Translations under genes and position numbers: made by a program
Shown: piece after piece, positions 29,865 through 40,366 of the stretch
Position numbering within the stretch: the first letter of the stretch is position 1
Layout: each line of letters starts with the position of its first letter
Assembly (NCBI GenBank): GCA_965215015.1
Contig: OZ244042.1
Location: 5,184,001-5,248,000 of the forward strand
Direction of reading: 5' to 3'
DNA: 64,000 bases
Source: Candidatus Poribacteria bacterium
GTDB lineage: Bacteria > Poribacteria > WGA-4E > PCPOR2b
Notes under the pieces: generated by a model
Told to the model about the DNA's origin: nothing
Seen by the model: the letters and a program-made list of their open reading frames with translations, nothing else
The model's database searches: none

Positions 29865-31499
29865 ATGTATACGATTGGCGCCTCCCTCGTTAGATTAATC
29901 TTTGGAGCGATCGGCGACGAGGCGAACCGTGCGATCTCCCAAACCGTTTTTGTTGAGAATGGAGTCCCCAGGAACATTAGAGAAATTGGACTCGGTTGGG
30001 AGTTTGAAACGGGGTACATCGAAATTTATGGAAAAAAATCCCTGCTGTACGCGGGCCGTGGGATCGGCAGCAACGATTTTCATCTCAGAGCCAAGCTCGC
30101 TATCTACAGCGAAGATGATAAACCGAATCTTGTAGTTGGCACTAATAAGACGGGTATTAGTGGTTTTCGGCGTTTGAGCTACGTTTTCTGGCCCCGTGAG
30201 GTGCTGAGTCACCAGCAGATGCCCATCTCTCCCGATTGGGTAACGCCCGGCGTGCCGTTTAACTTTGAGATTGTGCGTAAGGGATTGAGGGTTGTAGTCA
30301 TCGTTGAGGGAACAGCGGTAAAGCATTTCCTGTTTGGTGGCGAACTTACGAAGGTCGGTTTCTGCTCCTATGAAGGGGTGCTGCACATACACGATTTTTA
30401 TGTTCGGGGGGAGACAATTCCGATAAGTTGGAATCGGACCCAACCGATTGCCATTTCCATTCCGACAATTGACGTATCTGAGGAGGAGCATAGGCAGGTC
30501 GTCGTGGACAAGCAGGCGGGTCAATATCTCGGTCATCCGGACACGGTGCTGATGCCAGACAACAGAACGATGTTTTGTACCTATCCGCTTGGACACGGGG
30601 GCCCAGCTGCTCTGTTGAAGAAGAGCACGGATGGCGGTCTCACTTGGAGCGATCACCTGCCTGTACCCGACAATTGGAAGACCGCGAAAAACTGCCCATG
30701 TATCCATCATCTCACCGGTCCGGACGGGGTAGAGCGTCTAATTGTTTTAGAGGGCAACGGCGATATGCGACAATCAATTTCGGTCGATAACGGTGAGACG
30801 TGGACGCCGTTTGAGCCGAATGGGTTGCACTGCATTGTCGTTCCGAACAGGATCGTACCCCTCTCGGACGGGGGGTATACCGCGATATATGTTGACCACG
30901 GGCCCAGAGCCATCGGTGATCACGTCATCATGCAGAGCGTTACCGTTGACGGTGGATTGACGTGGGAGAAGCAGCGGTTGATTGCCCAGCACGAAGACGC
31001 CCTTCTGGACGAACCGGGTGTCATCCGCTCGCCGGACGGAAAACAGATTGCAGTGGTTATGCGCGAACAGTCGCGGGCATACAACGCGATGGTTATCACC
31101 AGCGACGACGAGGGAGAGACGTGGTCGGAATGTAGGGAAGCGGCTGCCGGTGTCACCGGAGATCGGCACAACCTAGCTTATGCTCCCGATGGGAGGTTGG
31201 TGATTGTTTTCCGAGACACCGCGCTCGCGAGCTCGACGAAATTCAATTTTGTCGCATGGGTCGGTACTTACGATGATCTCGTCAACGGTCGAGAGGGAGA
31301 ATACCGTGTGCTGCTGCTACTGCATCAGGGCAACTTCCCACCCGGCGAATATGGAGACTGCGGCTATGCCGGTTTGGAGGTGCTACCGGATGGCACATTC
31401 GTCGCTACTACCTACCTCATTCACAAGCCGGGTGAGGAACACTCCGTCGTCAGTGTGCGCTTTAATCTGACGGAGTTGGATGCGCGTGCGGTGAGGTAA
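29865..31499 (+). CDS. Exo-alpha-sialidase-like BNR/Asp-box protein with N-terminal beta domain
   Basis: Asp boxes STDGGLTWS, SVDNGETWT, TVDGGLTWE and SDDEGETWS; YLGHP and DCGY motifs; GGAG RBS before ATG 29865. Confidence 0.8.
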   Translation: MYTIGASLVRLIFGAIGDEANRAISQTVFVENGVPRNIREIGLGWEFETGYIEIYGKKSLLYAGRGIGSNDFHLRAKLAIYSEDDKPNLVVGTNKTGISGFRRLSYVFWPREVLSHQQMPISPDWVTPGVPFNFEIVRKGLRVVVIVEGTAVKHFLFGGELTKVGFCSYEGVLHIHDFYVRGETIPISWNRTQPIAISIPTIDVSEEEHRQVVVDKQAGQYLGHPDTVLMPDNRTMFCTYPLGHGGPAALLKKSTDGGLTWSDHLPVPDNWKTAKNCPCIHHLTGPDGVERLIVLEGNGDMRQSISVDNGETWTPFEPNGLHCIVVPNRIVPLSDGGYTAIYVDHGPRAIGDHVIMQSVTVDGGLTWEKQRLIAQHEDALLDEPGVIRSPDGKQIAVVMREQSRAYNAMVITSDDEGETWSECREAAAGVTGDRHNLAYAPDGRLVIVFRDTALASSTKFNFVAWVGTYDDLVNGREGEYRVLLLLHQGNFPPGEYGDCGYAGLEVLPDGTFVATTYLIHKPGEEHSVVSVRFNLTELDARAVR

Positions 31500-31547
31500 G
31501 GAACGCAGGGCTGCGTTCCTTACCTTTATTTTTTCCTTCCTACATGG

Positions 31548-32492
31548 CTACCGGTGAACTCCTTTTTCCCAATGTTGGACAAGTGGGGCAAGATCGTCCC
31601 AGAACGCTTCTGGAATTTCGAGCTCAGCGGCTTTCACATTTTCTACCGCTTCGTCAGGGGTTCGCGCCCCCGGAATCGCCGTTGTCACCTGCGGATGGCG
31701 GGTGCACCACTGCAACGCTGCAGCGAGGAGGGGAATCTCGTAGTCTCGGCAAAGTCGTTGGATCTTGGTGACATGATCCAGACACTCTTGACTGAAGTGT
31801 CGCCTTCCGTAATCCTTCCCCGGTATAGGCCCGGTCGCTAGTAATCCTACCTCAAGTGGTGTGGCACACGAGATCCCGATGTTATGTTTTTTAGCGGCGG
31901 GCAGGATGCGTTCAGCAGCTTCTTGGTTCAGCAGACTCCACGCATCGGGAACAACCGCCGCGTCAAATTCTCCTGTCTCTATGTAGGGGGTGTTGGTCGG
32001 CGGATCGTTGGAAGCCGAGCCGATAAAACGGACAACCCCTTCGTTCTGAAGTTTCCGCAACGCCCCTAATGCGCCATCTTCACTCATGACCTCTTCCATC
32101 GGTACATCCATTGCATCGTGGATATATACTAGATCCAGGTGTTCGAGTCCAAGCCGTTCAAGGCTAGCCTCCACACTGCGTAAGATGCTGTCAAAAGAAT
32201 GGTCTTGCCCCTCCCGGAAGGCACCGGCTTTGGTGACGACGGTGCATTTGGCGGCAAGGTCTCGACGGTTCCTGAGAGCGTTGCCGACAATCTTCTCAAC
32301 GGTTGTACCTCCATAGAGGGGGGCGGTGTCGATTAGCGTGCATCCCGCCTCAATAGCGGCTTCAACTGTCTGTGCCCCTATCTCTTCGTCTAGGCCCCGT
32401 GGAGGCTCTGATGGCTGGCTACCGATGTATATGGTTCCAAGTCCGATGATGGTGACCTCAAGGCCTGTGCGTCCCAGAATTTTGGTTTTCAT
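31548..32492 (-). CDS. Aldo/keto reductase
   Basis: IDTAPLYG and SLERLGLEHLDLVYIHD motifs. Confidence 0.9.
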   Translation of the reverse strand: MKTKILGRTGLEVTIIGLGTIYIGSQPSEPPRGLDEEIGAQTVEAAIEAGCTLIDTAPLYGGTTVEKIVGNALRNRRDLAAKCTVVTKAGAFREGQDHSFDSILRSVEASLERLGLEHLDLVYIHDAMDVPMEEVMSEDGALGALRKLQNEGVVRFIGSASNDPPTNTPYIETGEFDAAVVPDAWSLLNQEAAERILPAAKKHNIGISCATPLEVGLLATGPIPGKDYGRRHFSQECLDHVTKIQRLCRDYEIPLLAAALQWCTRHPQVTTAIPGARTPDEAVENVKAAELEIPEAFWDDLAPLVQHWEKGVHR

Positions 32493-32731
32493 AGCGACCT
32501 CCTGTGAGATCTAAATTTTTTATATTCATCTCTCGACATCGAAATGTCGATTTTGGAAAATCAACCGACAGAAGTCCTTACGCCATGGGGTTTCACTCCA
32601 CCTATCTATAAGAAGGTGTTGTTGGAAGCCCGGACCTCTGCTGTTGTTGATAGGTATTCGCTTTTGACCGTTCAACCTAACCGACATACACTGCTATTGG
32701 TGTCCTCTGCTTCATCTGTTTAATCCGTGAT

Positions 32732-33574
32732 TCAGACGGTTTGTGCGAGTTCGTCTAGGTAGTGTCGAGCGGAGTTAATCTCATCGGTTACGTCCGCTAT
32801 CGAATCCAGAATCGGGATCCCTCGTGGAACGGGATGCATGAAGATTTCCGTCCAGCCAGAGTAGTTAATTTTTTTTAAGGCAGATAGAATCGGTGCGAAA
32901 TCCAATGTGCCTCGTCCCGGCATCTGCATCAATTCCTGTTCCTTGGGTAATTTCTCGTGGCAGCCCATTCCGTGCTGCCACGCATAGAATAGGGCTAACC
33001 CCTGTCCCAGATCCGCAATCAGCTGCGCCACCAGTCGGGAATTGTCTGGCAGGTGGTAGGGTGCCAAGGCAATGCCGAGATGCGGAGAATTGGTGAACTC
33101 GATCAACCACTTCATCGAGTCGGGTGATTCGATCAGGGCGCTACTATGGTTCTCGATGCTGATGACGATGCCATACTTCTGGGCGGTAGCAATGTGAGGT
33201 TTCAGTGCTTCGGCAAAATCGGTGACCGCTGCACGCAATTCTTCGCCTGCTAAACCTGTGGGACCTTTGCTGCCGGTCACGATGAGGGAAGCCCCAAATT
33301 CACTGGCAAACGCCATCTCCTCCGCTAGACCGAAGGGGCCCAGATCGAAACGGGTCGATATCCCTAAATCCACCCTGTGGGTTGTGAGCAGTTCTGCAAA
33401 CGCTGCATTCCCCATAGACGCTACCTGTTCCCTCTGGTTGCCGTGGGCCGTGGGCCAAATATCGATATGGTCGCTCCCAATCCTCTTCACTTCGGGGATA
33501 ATCTCAGCCAATGGTAGTGTGCCGTACATGCACGAAGCGAGGATATAGTTTAGTTCAAATGGTTTTTCACTCAT
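32732..33574 (-). CDS. Sugar phosphate isomerase/epimerase (AP endonuclease 2 TIM barrel)
   Basis: ASCMYG, IENH, MPGRG and EIFMHP motifs; ATGA overlap with the upstream gene. Confidence 0.8.
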   Translation of the reverse strand: MSEKPFELNYILASCMYGTLPLAEIIPEVKRIGSDHIDIWPTAHGNQREQVASMGNAAFAELLTTHRVDLGISTRFDLGPFGLAEEMAFASEFGASLIVTGSKGPTGLAGEELRAAVTDFAEALKPHIATAQKYGIVISIENHSSALIESPDSMKWLIEFTNSPHLGIALAPYHLPDNSRLVAQLIADLGQGLALFYAWQHGMGCHEKLPKEQELMQMPGRGTLDFAPILSALKKINYSGWTEIFMHPVPRGIPILDSIADVTDEINSARHYLDELAQTV

Positions 33575-34596
33575 GGTTTGTCCACCTCCACGATTTCTCC
33601 ACTCTGACCGGACTGATACGCTGCCAAGACGATAGCCAAGACATGACGCCCTTCGGCGGCAGAGACTGGAACCTCCCCACCGTTTTCTATGGCTCCCACG
33701 AAGCGTCGCACTGCTACTGGTAAACCAAGTTCGTCGGGTCCCTCTGTATCTACCGGCGGCTGCGTCCACTCTCCGGTCTCCTTGCGCCACACTGACACCG
33801 GTGCCTCACCCCCGCCAAAGCGAATCTGCCCCTCGGTGCCCAGAATCTCATTGACACTTGTTCCGCCTGCCAAAGCTGACCAACCGACCTGTAGCGAGGT
33901 TGTCGCTCCGTTGTCGTGTTCAATCAAAACTAATGCCGTGTCTTCGACCTCGATATCTTGTACATAGCGACCGATTCGCGCATAGACACGGACTGCCGGC
34001 GAACCGACATAGTTAAGCGCGGTGTAGACTTGGTGATAGCCATTGTCGATTAGGGGCCCTCCGCCGCCGGCTTTGGCTTGGGTGCGCCACTGCTGAGAGA
34101 CGCCTCTGCCCACCACGTGGGATCTGCTAAGCCCCTCGGTGCGTACCAGGAAAACGGAGCCGATCGCGCCCGCCCGTATCTGTTCCATCGCCGCCCGGTG
34201 CGCCGCTGAAAAGAGCTGATTATGCCCAACTGTCATCTTGCGCCCGGTACGCTCTGACACAGTGATCATCCTATCCACTTCTTCCAAACGGGTGGCGATG
34301 GGTTTTTCGAGGAATACGTGGGCTCCCGCCTCCATCGCGGCGATAGCTTGGGGTTCGTGCAAATGGTGAGGGGTGCAGATATGGACCAAGTCTAGCTCTT
34401 CTTTGGCAAGCATCTGCTGCCAATCGGTGTAGAGATGTTCAGATGTAACCCCCAGTTCTCCGCCCATTAATTCAAGGCGGGCTTGGTCGAGATCCGCTAG
34501 TGCCGTAACCGTCACGCGATCCTTCAAACTTGCCAGCATGGGGCCGTGCCGCCGCTCGGTGATTCCGCCACAGCCGATGATTCCTGTTCTCAACAT
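33571..34596 (-). CDS. Gfo/Idh/MocA family oxidoreductase
   Basis: IIGCGGI, LEKP and GGGPLIDNGYH motifs. Confidence 0.9.
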   Translation of the reverse strand: MLRTGIIGCGGITERRHGPMLASLKDRVTVTALADLDQARLELMGGELGVTSEHLYTDWQQMLAKEELDLVHICTPHHLHEPQAIAAMEAGAHVFLEKPIATRLEEVDRMITVSERTGRKMTVGHNQLFSAAHRAAMEQIRAGAIGSVFLVRTEGLSRSHVVGRGVSQQWRTQAKAGGGGPLIDNGYHQVYTALNYVGSPAVRVYARIGRYVQDIEVEDTALVLIEHDNGATTSLQVGWSALAGGTSVNEILGTEGQIRFGGGEAPVSVWRKETGEWTQPPVDTEGPDELGLPVAVRRFVGAIENGGEVPVSAAEGRHVLAIVLAAYQSGQSGEIVEVDKP

Positions 34597-35004
34597 GAAA
34601 TGTCCTCCTTAGTTCGATTATAACCAATATCACCCGGTGCTGTCAATTGTCTTTATTAGTTCATTGGTTGGACTGTGTTTAGGGCATACGGCGTATGCCT
34701 ACTCCTTTGGTTCATTGCGTTTGGTTCATTGCGATACAGATATTGTTCCGCTGAAACTAAAAAAGGAGTTTACGAATTCCCCATTTTCCACGCCAAAACT
34801 AGCTCTTGAAATTCTACCGTCTGAAAGTTATAATTCTATCCAACTTGAAAATTCTTAAAACACTAGATTTAACAGATTGCTCTATAATTCCTGTGCTGCC
34901 TGCACCTATGCGGCTGAGTGGAAATTTCCAGTCATATACAATTCTTAGTTCCCACTCAATTTTGTAAATGAACCTAATACTTCCGAATAATACAGGAGGA
35001 AATA

Positions 35005-35955
35005 ATGAAATATGTGGAGCTTGGCACAACCGGACAGGAGGTTTCCCTTGTTGCTTTAGGGTGTATGAGCCTGACTCCTAGTGCGAAGGAACGCAGTATC
35101 GCAACCGTCCATCACGCTCATGAGCTTGGAATCACACTATTTGACACCGCCGACATCTACGGCGATGGCGAATCCGAAAAGATACTGGGAGAAGCTATCC
35201 GTGAGGGTAACATTCCGCGGGAAAAAGTGATTATCGCCTCCAAATGCGCTGCCTTGCGATATGAGAATGTATATACCTGGAATTTGTCCGCCTCCTATAT
35301 CAAGGAGTGCTGTGAGGGGTCGTTGAAGCGTTTGGGTATGGAGTATATAGACCTCTATCAGCCCCATCGTATTGATTACCTGACACATCCGGAGGAGACC
35401 GCTCGTGCACTAGAGGACCTAAAGACGGAAGGGAAGATCCGGCATGTCGGCGTGAGCAACTATTCACCAGATGAGATTCGTGCCATCTCTGCTTATACCC
35501 GTGTGGAGGCATTGCAGACGCTATTTCACCTGTTAATTCAAGAACCGTTAGAGGTTGGCTTAGCCGCTGTGTGTTTAGAAAAGGAGATGAACCTCCTCTG
35601 CTACAGTCCGCTTGCCGGTGGGCTCCTCACCGGGAATAAACCGCTACCACACACCTTCGATCAGGGGTTCGGTGATTGGCAGGAGCAACGGGAGCAGGGC
35701 GTGGTGGCTCAGGTGAAGATAGTCGCTGAGCGGTATGGCGTGACGCCGGGGCAAATATCGCTCGCTTGGTTGATGGCACTCCCCGGCGGAGTTATCCCAC
35801 TTGTGGGCACGGGGAACCCTGACCACATCGCGGAGGGTGCGAGAGCTGCGGACATTACGCTGGCTCGCGATGATTGGTATGAACTAACGATCATTGGGCG
35901 GGGGCGTCGGATGCGGTGGCGGGGCAGACCTTATATTTACTTAAAGGATCGGTAG
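35005..35955 (+). CDS. Aldo/keto reductase
   Basis: LFDTADIYG, SLKRLGMEYIDLYQPH and VGVSNY motifs. Confidence 0.9.
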   Translation: MKYVELGTTGQEVSLVALGCMSLTPSAKERSIATVHHAHELGITLFDTADIYGDGESEKILGEAIREGNIPREKVIIASKCAALRYENVYTWNLSASYIKECCEGSLKRLGMEYIDLYQPHRIDYLTHPEETARALEDLKTEGKIRHVGVSNYSPDEIRAISAYTRVEALQTLFHLLIQEPLEVGLAAVCLEKEMNLLCYSPLAGGLLTGNKPLPHTFDQGFGDWQEQREQGVVAQVKIVAERYGVTPGQISLAWLMALPGGVIPLVGTGNPDHIAEGARAADITLARDDWYELTIIGRGRRMRWRGRPYIYLKDR

Positions 35956-36051
35956 TATTAGTTCATTGGTTTATTAGTTCATTTGTTCAGGCGTTCATTG
36001 AATTGGTGAACCCTATACATTGTGCTCCTCACGTTTGAAAGGAGATATACT

Positions 36052-36906
36052 GTGATCGATTTTTCACGCTCGACGTTTACTTGGCATTCACATCCGTGGA
36101 CACCGGATCCCTACTATCGCTATGCCGGCGGTTTTGTGGGACAAGAGGGGCAAGCGTATCACGTCCGATTCGGTCTTGAAGCCGGCTGCGAAATACGGAA
36201 CGAAGCGAATGGGCATGTTACAAAGATGTTTGTCGGAGCACCGTGTCGCAGCGAGTACACGATCGCGTCCCGAAATCTGTTCCAGGTTCCCAGCGGTGAG
36301 TGGCGTATGGCTTTCAGCGATGAATCCCAGTTGAACATTGCGACAAGACCGAGTAAGGAGCCCGAAGAATCGTCAATAAAAAAGCTGAGTGAGATTTATC
36401 AGAGTTATAAGGTTGATGTGCGTTCGCATACCAACTTCTCTGAGTTGATGGATGTCAATGAGATTGTTGATGCAACCCTGAACGGCGATCTGCTGAATGC
36501 AAAATCAACCTACCGTGATCAAGAACATAACCTCACGATTTCGGTCGAATATCCCGTGGACGTGATGAACCTGAATGCGGTGGATATGGAGTTCCAAGTC
36601 TGCACAGGTCCCATCATTCTGCCGGATCTCGCCACTTGGGACGGTCGGGAGGTTAGACGGGTGTTTCTTGCACAGGTCGCTATTTCCGCATTTGATTGGG
36701 TGGAGTTCATCTTGCAACGGGAGGTCGAGGCCTCGGCGGCAGAGAGGGAATGGTTAGACGAACCGCGTGGTCGCGATCGCCAGGAGTTACGCGATCCGAA
36801 CAATCCGCCTCTCAACTATCCACCTCCTCGGCCGCGCCCAACCGTTTATAACGAGGTTTGGGAGTTTGAAGCGACGAATGTTGTGTTGCGGGTAAACAAT
36901 CCATAG
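36052..36906 (+). CDS. Conserved hypothetical protein
   Basis: Long ORF with an AAGGAG RBS before GTG 36052; no family recognised. Confidence 0.6.
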   Translation: MIDFSRSTFTWHSHPWTPDPYYRYAGGFVGQEGQAYHVRFGLEAGCEIRNEANGHVTKMFVGAPCRSEYTIASRNLFQVPSGEWRMAFSDESQLNIATRPSKEPEESSIKKLSEIYQSYKVDVRSHTNFSELMDVNEIVDATLNGDLLNAKSTYRDQEHNLTISVEYPVDVMNLNAVDMEFQVCTGPIILPDLATWDGREVRRVFLAQVAISAFDWVEFILQREVEASAAEREWLDEPRGRDRQELRDPNNPPLNYPPPRPRPTVYNEVWEFEATNVVLRVNNP

Positions 36907-36935
36907 GCTATCACGGCAGAAGTTGTAAGGCGTTA

Positions 36936-37994
36936 ATGATGAACATTCACGATAGCGGCTATAAGAAACTATTCTCAAATCGTACCATATTTCAGCAACT
37001 CCTTGAGACATTCGTCAACCAGGAATGGGTGGCTCAGCTGGATTTCAACAACTGTGAATCCCTAGATAAATCCTTTATCTCCGAACACTACAAAGAAACC
37101 GAGAGTGACTTAATCTACAAAATCCAGTTTCATGACCGTGAGGTCTACATTTATATTCTTATCGAGTTTCAATCCACCGTTGACCCGTTCATGGCGTTGC
37201 GTGTCCTCAACTACATCACCAACTTTTACATGGATTTTCTCGTCAATAACAGAGGTGTTAAAAGGCTGCCGGCAGTTTTTCCAATCGTGTTGTATAATGG
37301 AGAAGCATCTTGGACGGCCCCGGTGAATCTTTCGGGGTTGATTGAGCGGGATCCACCCCTTGGTGCATTCTCCTTAGATTTTCAGTATTTCCTAATTGCT
37401 GAGAACCAATACAGTCAGGAAGCGTTGTTGACCATCCGAAACATAGTATCGACTTTGTTTTTGGCAGAATCACATTACGATTTAGATTTGCTGGAGGTAG
37501 AGCTGTTGAATCTGTTTTCTTCGGAGGTGGACAAAGAGGCGGTGAGTTTGTTTTTAAACTGGTTCAGGCAGTTGGCTCTTCATGGTCGGATAGGATCATC
37601 AGATTACGAGTCGCTTGATTTCATTTATCGCAGCGAAGAGGAGGTGAGTACGATGTTAGTAACAGCGTTAGAGCGAGAAAGGCGTCAGATTTTTCAAAAT
37701 GGTCTGCTTGAGGGCAAGCAGGAAGGTCTGCTCGAGGGCAAGCAGGAAGGTCTGCTTGAGGGCAAGCAGGAAGGTCTGCTCGAGGGCAAGCAGGAAGGTT
37801 TGCTCGAGGGCAAGCAGGAAGGTCTGCTTGAGGGTGAGCAGAAAGGCAGAATTGAAGGGAAGATTGAAACGGCAAAGGCGATGCTTGCCAAGGGAATGGA
37901 GATGAGGCTCATCTCCGAAATCACTAATCTTCCAGAAGAACAACTTTTGCAGTTGAAAGAGGAGGGCTTAGTGTCAGAAGTGCGTAAATCCTGA
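36936..37994 (+). CDS. Rpn family recombination-promoting nuclease / putative transposase (YhgA-like)
   Basis: HDSGYKKLFS, SDLIY, ILIEFQST, FMALRV and PIVLYNG motifs; C-terminal EG repeats. Confidence 0.9.
   Translation: MMNIHDSGYKKLFSNRTIFQQLLETFVNQEWVAQLDFNNCESLDKSFISEHYKETESDLIYKIQFHDREVYIYILIEFQSTVDPFMALRVLNYITNFYMDFLVNNRGVKRLPAVFPIVLYNGEASWTAPVNLSGLIERDPPLGAFSLDFQYFLIAENQYSQEALLTIRNIVSTLFLAESHYDLDLLEVELLNLFSSEVDKEAVSLFLNWFRQLALHGRIGSSDYESLDFIYRSEEEVSTMLVTALERERRQIFQNGLLEGKQEGLLEGKQEGLLEGKQEGLLEGKQEGLLEGKQEGLLEGEQKGRIEGKIETAKAMLAKGMEMRLISEITNLPEEQLLQLKEEGLVSEVRKS
37701..37844 (+). repeat. 24-bp tandem repeat x6 encoding GLLEGKQE
   Basis: GGTCTGCTYGAGGGCAAGCAGGAA iterated six times, last copy degenerate. 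Confidence 0.95.
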
Positions 37995-38019
37995 CCTTAC
38001 CGATAGGGGCTTTAGCCCG

Positions 38020-38608
38020 TAAAGCCGAAAGATTTATCTTTGGGATACAAGCTTTGCGTTGGGTTTTTTTTGAAATTGTCTGATTGTTAGGCATTGCCTA
38101 CCGCTCGCAAAATGGGGTATACTTGTCTTGTTTTTCGTGAGGGCCTGCTGCACCGTCGCTTGAGGGGACTGACATGCTACAACTCAACGTGAAGATTTCC
38201 ACTGGCAACTTGCCCATGGCCTCACAGACAGATATGACTGGCTTTCACTGGAGATCCTCAACTAGTAAGGTATGAAACGCCTTTGGGGGCGTAAGGTCTT
38301 TGACTTGGGTTTTTCTGACTTTGTGCAGAAGCTTAAGTACATTGCCTAAAAGAAGGATAGGGACATCCGTTTCATTGATAAATGGTATCCGTCGTCAAAG
38401 ACTTGTCATGTCTGTGGCGCAGTCAATCTACGCTAAACCTTCGTGATAGAACGGGGCAATGTCCAAGTTGCGATACACAGTTGGATATTAGCCGCAACGC
38501 TGCGGTTAATATCCATCGGGTGGTGGCATCCACCCGCTCTGGAAAGGTTGTCAGTCTCCGACAGAAGCGGAGCGCCCTTGAATTCCGTTAGGCTAGGGAG
38601 TATGTCAA
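38020..38608 (+). mobile_element. tnpB: Internally deleted IS200/IS605 element with tnpB pseudogene
   Basis: Left-end-like hairpin AAAGCCGAAAGAT-TT-ATCTTTGGGATACAAG. Broken QREDFHWQLAHGL...GMKRLWGRK...WYPSSKTCHVCG...CPSC...RNAAVNI. Right end GGGAGTATGTCAA. Confidence 0.85.
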
Positions 38609-38629
38609 AACTTGATGTTTGCACTAACT

Positions 38630-38813
38630 TAGGACTTACGCGCTTCGGTTGTGAAAATCGTGTCTGATTTCCGACTGCCTATGACTTTGACATCCGACCA
38701 TGGAGATTCACTCGTGGCCACAGAACCTGCCCTCGATGAAGTCGGGGTTAGGAAACCTACCACCATGATAGGGGTTGTCCCAAGGTGCTGATTGCTCAAC
38801 TGCGTAGGTCCTA
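38630..38813. mobile_element. MITE, 184 bp
   Basis: TAGGACTTACGC...GCGTAGGTCCTA; homologous to 25158-25344. Confidence 0.8.
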
Positions 38814-38867
38814 TACTTTTAACATCAACCAAATTTTTAAACGTCATTTTAACAAAAGAGGCATTTC

Positions 38868-40100
38868 ATGCACGCAGAAATTGTCATGATTGGCACTGAG
38901 CTTCTGCTCGGAGAGATTGTCGATACAAATGCCAACAGATTAGCACTTGCGCTCCGAGACATCGGACTGGATCTATACTACAAAACAACCGTCGGCGATA
39001 ACCTTGCCCGGATTACCGAAGTCCTCGACTTGGCGTTAGATCGGTCAGATGTTATCATCACCTCCGGCGGTATCGGTCCGACGGTGGACGATGTCACACG
39101 CCAAGCAGTTGCCGACGCTACAGGACGTAAGCTGATCTACAGCACGGAACTGGAGACAGAAATTGCGGCACGTTTCAGCCGTTTTGGACGACCAATGGCT
39201 GATAACAATAAGCGCCAAGCTTACATTCCCGAAGGGGCAACCCCGCTAACAAATCCTGTGGGCACGGCACCGTGCTATCTGAGCGAAGACATCAATGGAC
39301 GGGGCTGCATCATTTCGCTGCCGGGCGTTCCGAGGGAGCTTGAGCATATGATGGAGAATACCGTTATCCCGCTGCTAATTGAGCGCATGGGTGGGATCAA
39401 GGTAACGCGGGTCCGTGTGCTACGGACATGCGCGGTGGGAGAGAGTAACATCGATCGGGGCATCGGTGATCTGATGATAACGGGGAATCCTACTGTCGGA
39501 CTGGCAGCGCATATCGGTCAGACTGATGTGAGAATCACTGCGAAGGCGGACACGGACGAAGAGGCGGATACGCTCGTTGCTGGAATGGAGGCAAAACTTC
39601 GCGAGCGGTTGGGTGTTGCCGTTTATGGTGAGGGGAAGGTAACGGTGGCAGAGGTTGTCGGCGATTTACTGAACGGGAAATCGCTCAAGTTAGGGGTGAT
39701 CGACATGCTCACCGGCGGTCAACTTGCGCGGGATCTTGTTGAGTCCGGTTATTCCGACTTAGTTGCGACCGGCCTGTCTCCTGCTAGCTTAACGGAGGCG
39801 TTGAAAGATTCGGGCACCGATGCAAGTAACCCTCCGGATGTTGCGGAGGCCCGTTCCTACGCTGTTTCGCTAGCAGAGCACGTGACACCACCCGGTGGCG
39901 TAGGACTCGCAATGATTGGTCCCTTTGAAGATTTGTCCACCTTTATTGCCTTGAATGGACCGGGGGAGGTTTGTCTCTTTGAACGGAGTCGCAATTATCA
40001 GGATAGCGACCATATTCGTCGATGGTTGGTTGTTCAAGCGTTGGATTGGATTCGCCGTACGCTGCTGGGCCAGATGAAGTCGCCGGTGGACTGGAATTAA
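38868..40100 (+). CDS. cinA: Competence/damage-inducible protein CinA (MoCF domain plus degenerate PncC-like domain)
   Basis: IGTELLLGEIVDTN, GGIGPTVDDVT and LPGVPRE motifs. Confidence 0.85.
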   Translation: MHAEIVMIGTELLLGEIVDTNANRLALALRDIGLDLYYKTTVGDNLARITEVLDLALDRSDVIITSGGIGPTVDDVTRQAVADATGRKLIYSTELETEIAARFSRFGRPMADNNKRQAYIPEGATPLTNPVGTAPCYLSEDINGRGCIISLPGVPRELEHMMENTVIPLLIERMGGIKVTRVRVLRTCAVGESNIDRGIGDLMITGNPTVGLAAHIGQTDVRITAKADTDEEADTLVAGMEAKLRERLGVAVYGEGKVTVAEVVGDLLNGKSLKLGVIDMLTGGQLARDLVESGYSDLVATGLSPASLTEALKDSGTDASNPPDVAEARSYAVSLAEHVTPPGGVGLAMIGPFEDLSTFIALNGPGEVCLFERSRNYQDSDHIRRWLVVQALDWIRRTLLGQMKSPVDWN

Positions 40101-40366
40101 TCTATTGGTCTATCAAGGATAAAACGGTTGGAACCTGCTTTTGACAGCGTATAGTGGTGTAGGTTGGGTTGAACGCTTAAAAGCGAGACCTGTCAAGGAC
40201 AATAGAGATTCTGCCTTTCAACAACACCTTTTTATAGATAGATTGATACAGACCGTAGTCAAGAAATTGCAGAACAGAACCCAGGGTTTTTCTTGAAATT
40301 TTGGTGTTTCTTCGCGTTCTTTTTTTTAGATGAACCTAGACTAAAAGCGTTGGCTATAAATGGAAA

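Noticed and set aside
29895-30710. Long antisense or alternate-frame ORFs (e.g. 29895-30710, 4032-4754, 26885-27508, 56200-56829)
   Set aside because: Shadows of well-supported genes on the opposite strand, with no recognisable motifs.
34850-35000. Possible riboswitch in the long AKR leader
   Set aside because: One complementary pair (TGAGTGGAA/TTCCCACTCA) but no recognisable aptamer consensus.
37701-37844. 24-bp repeats as a CRISPR array
   Set aside because: Contiguous with no spacers, and in frame within the Rpn gene.
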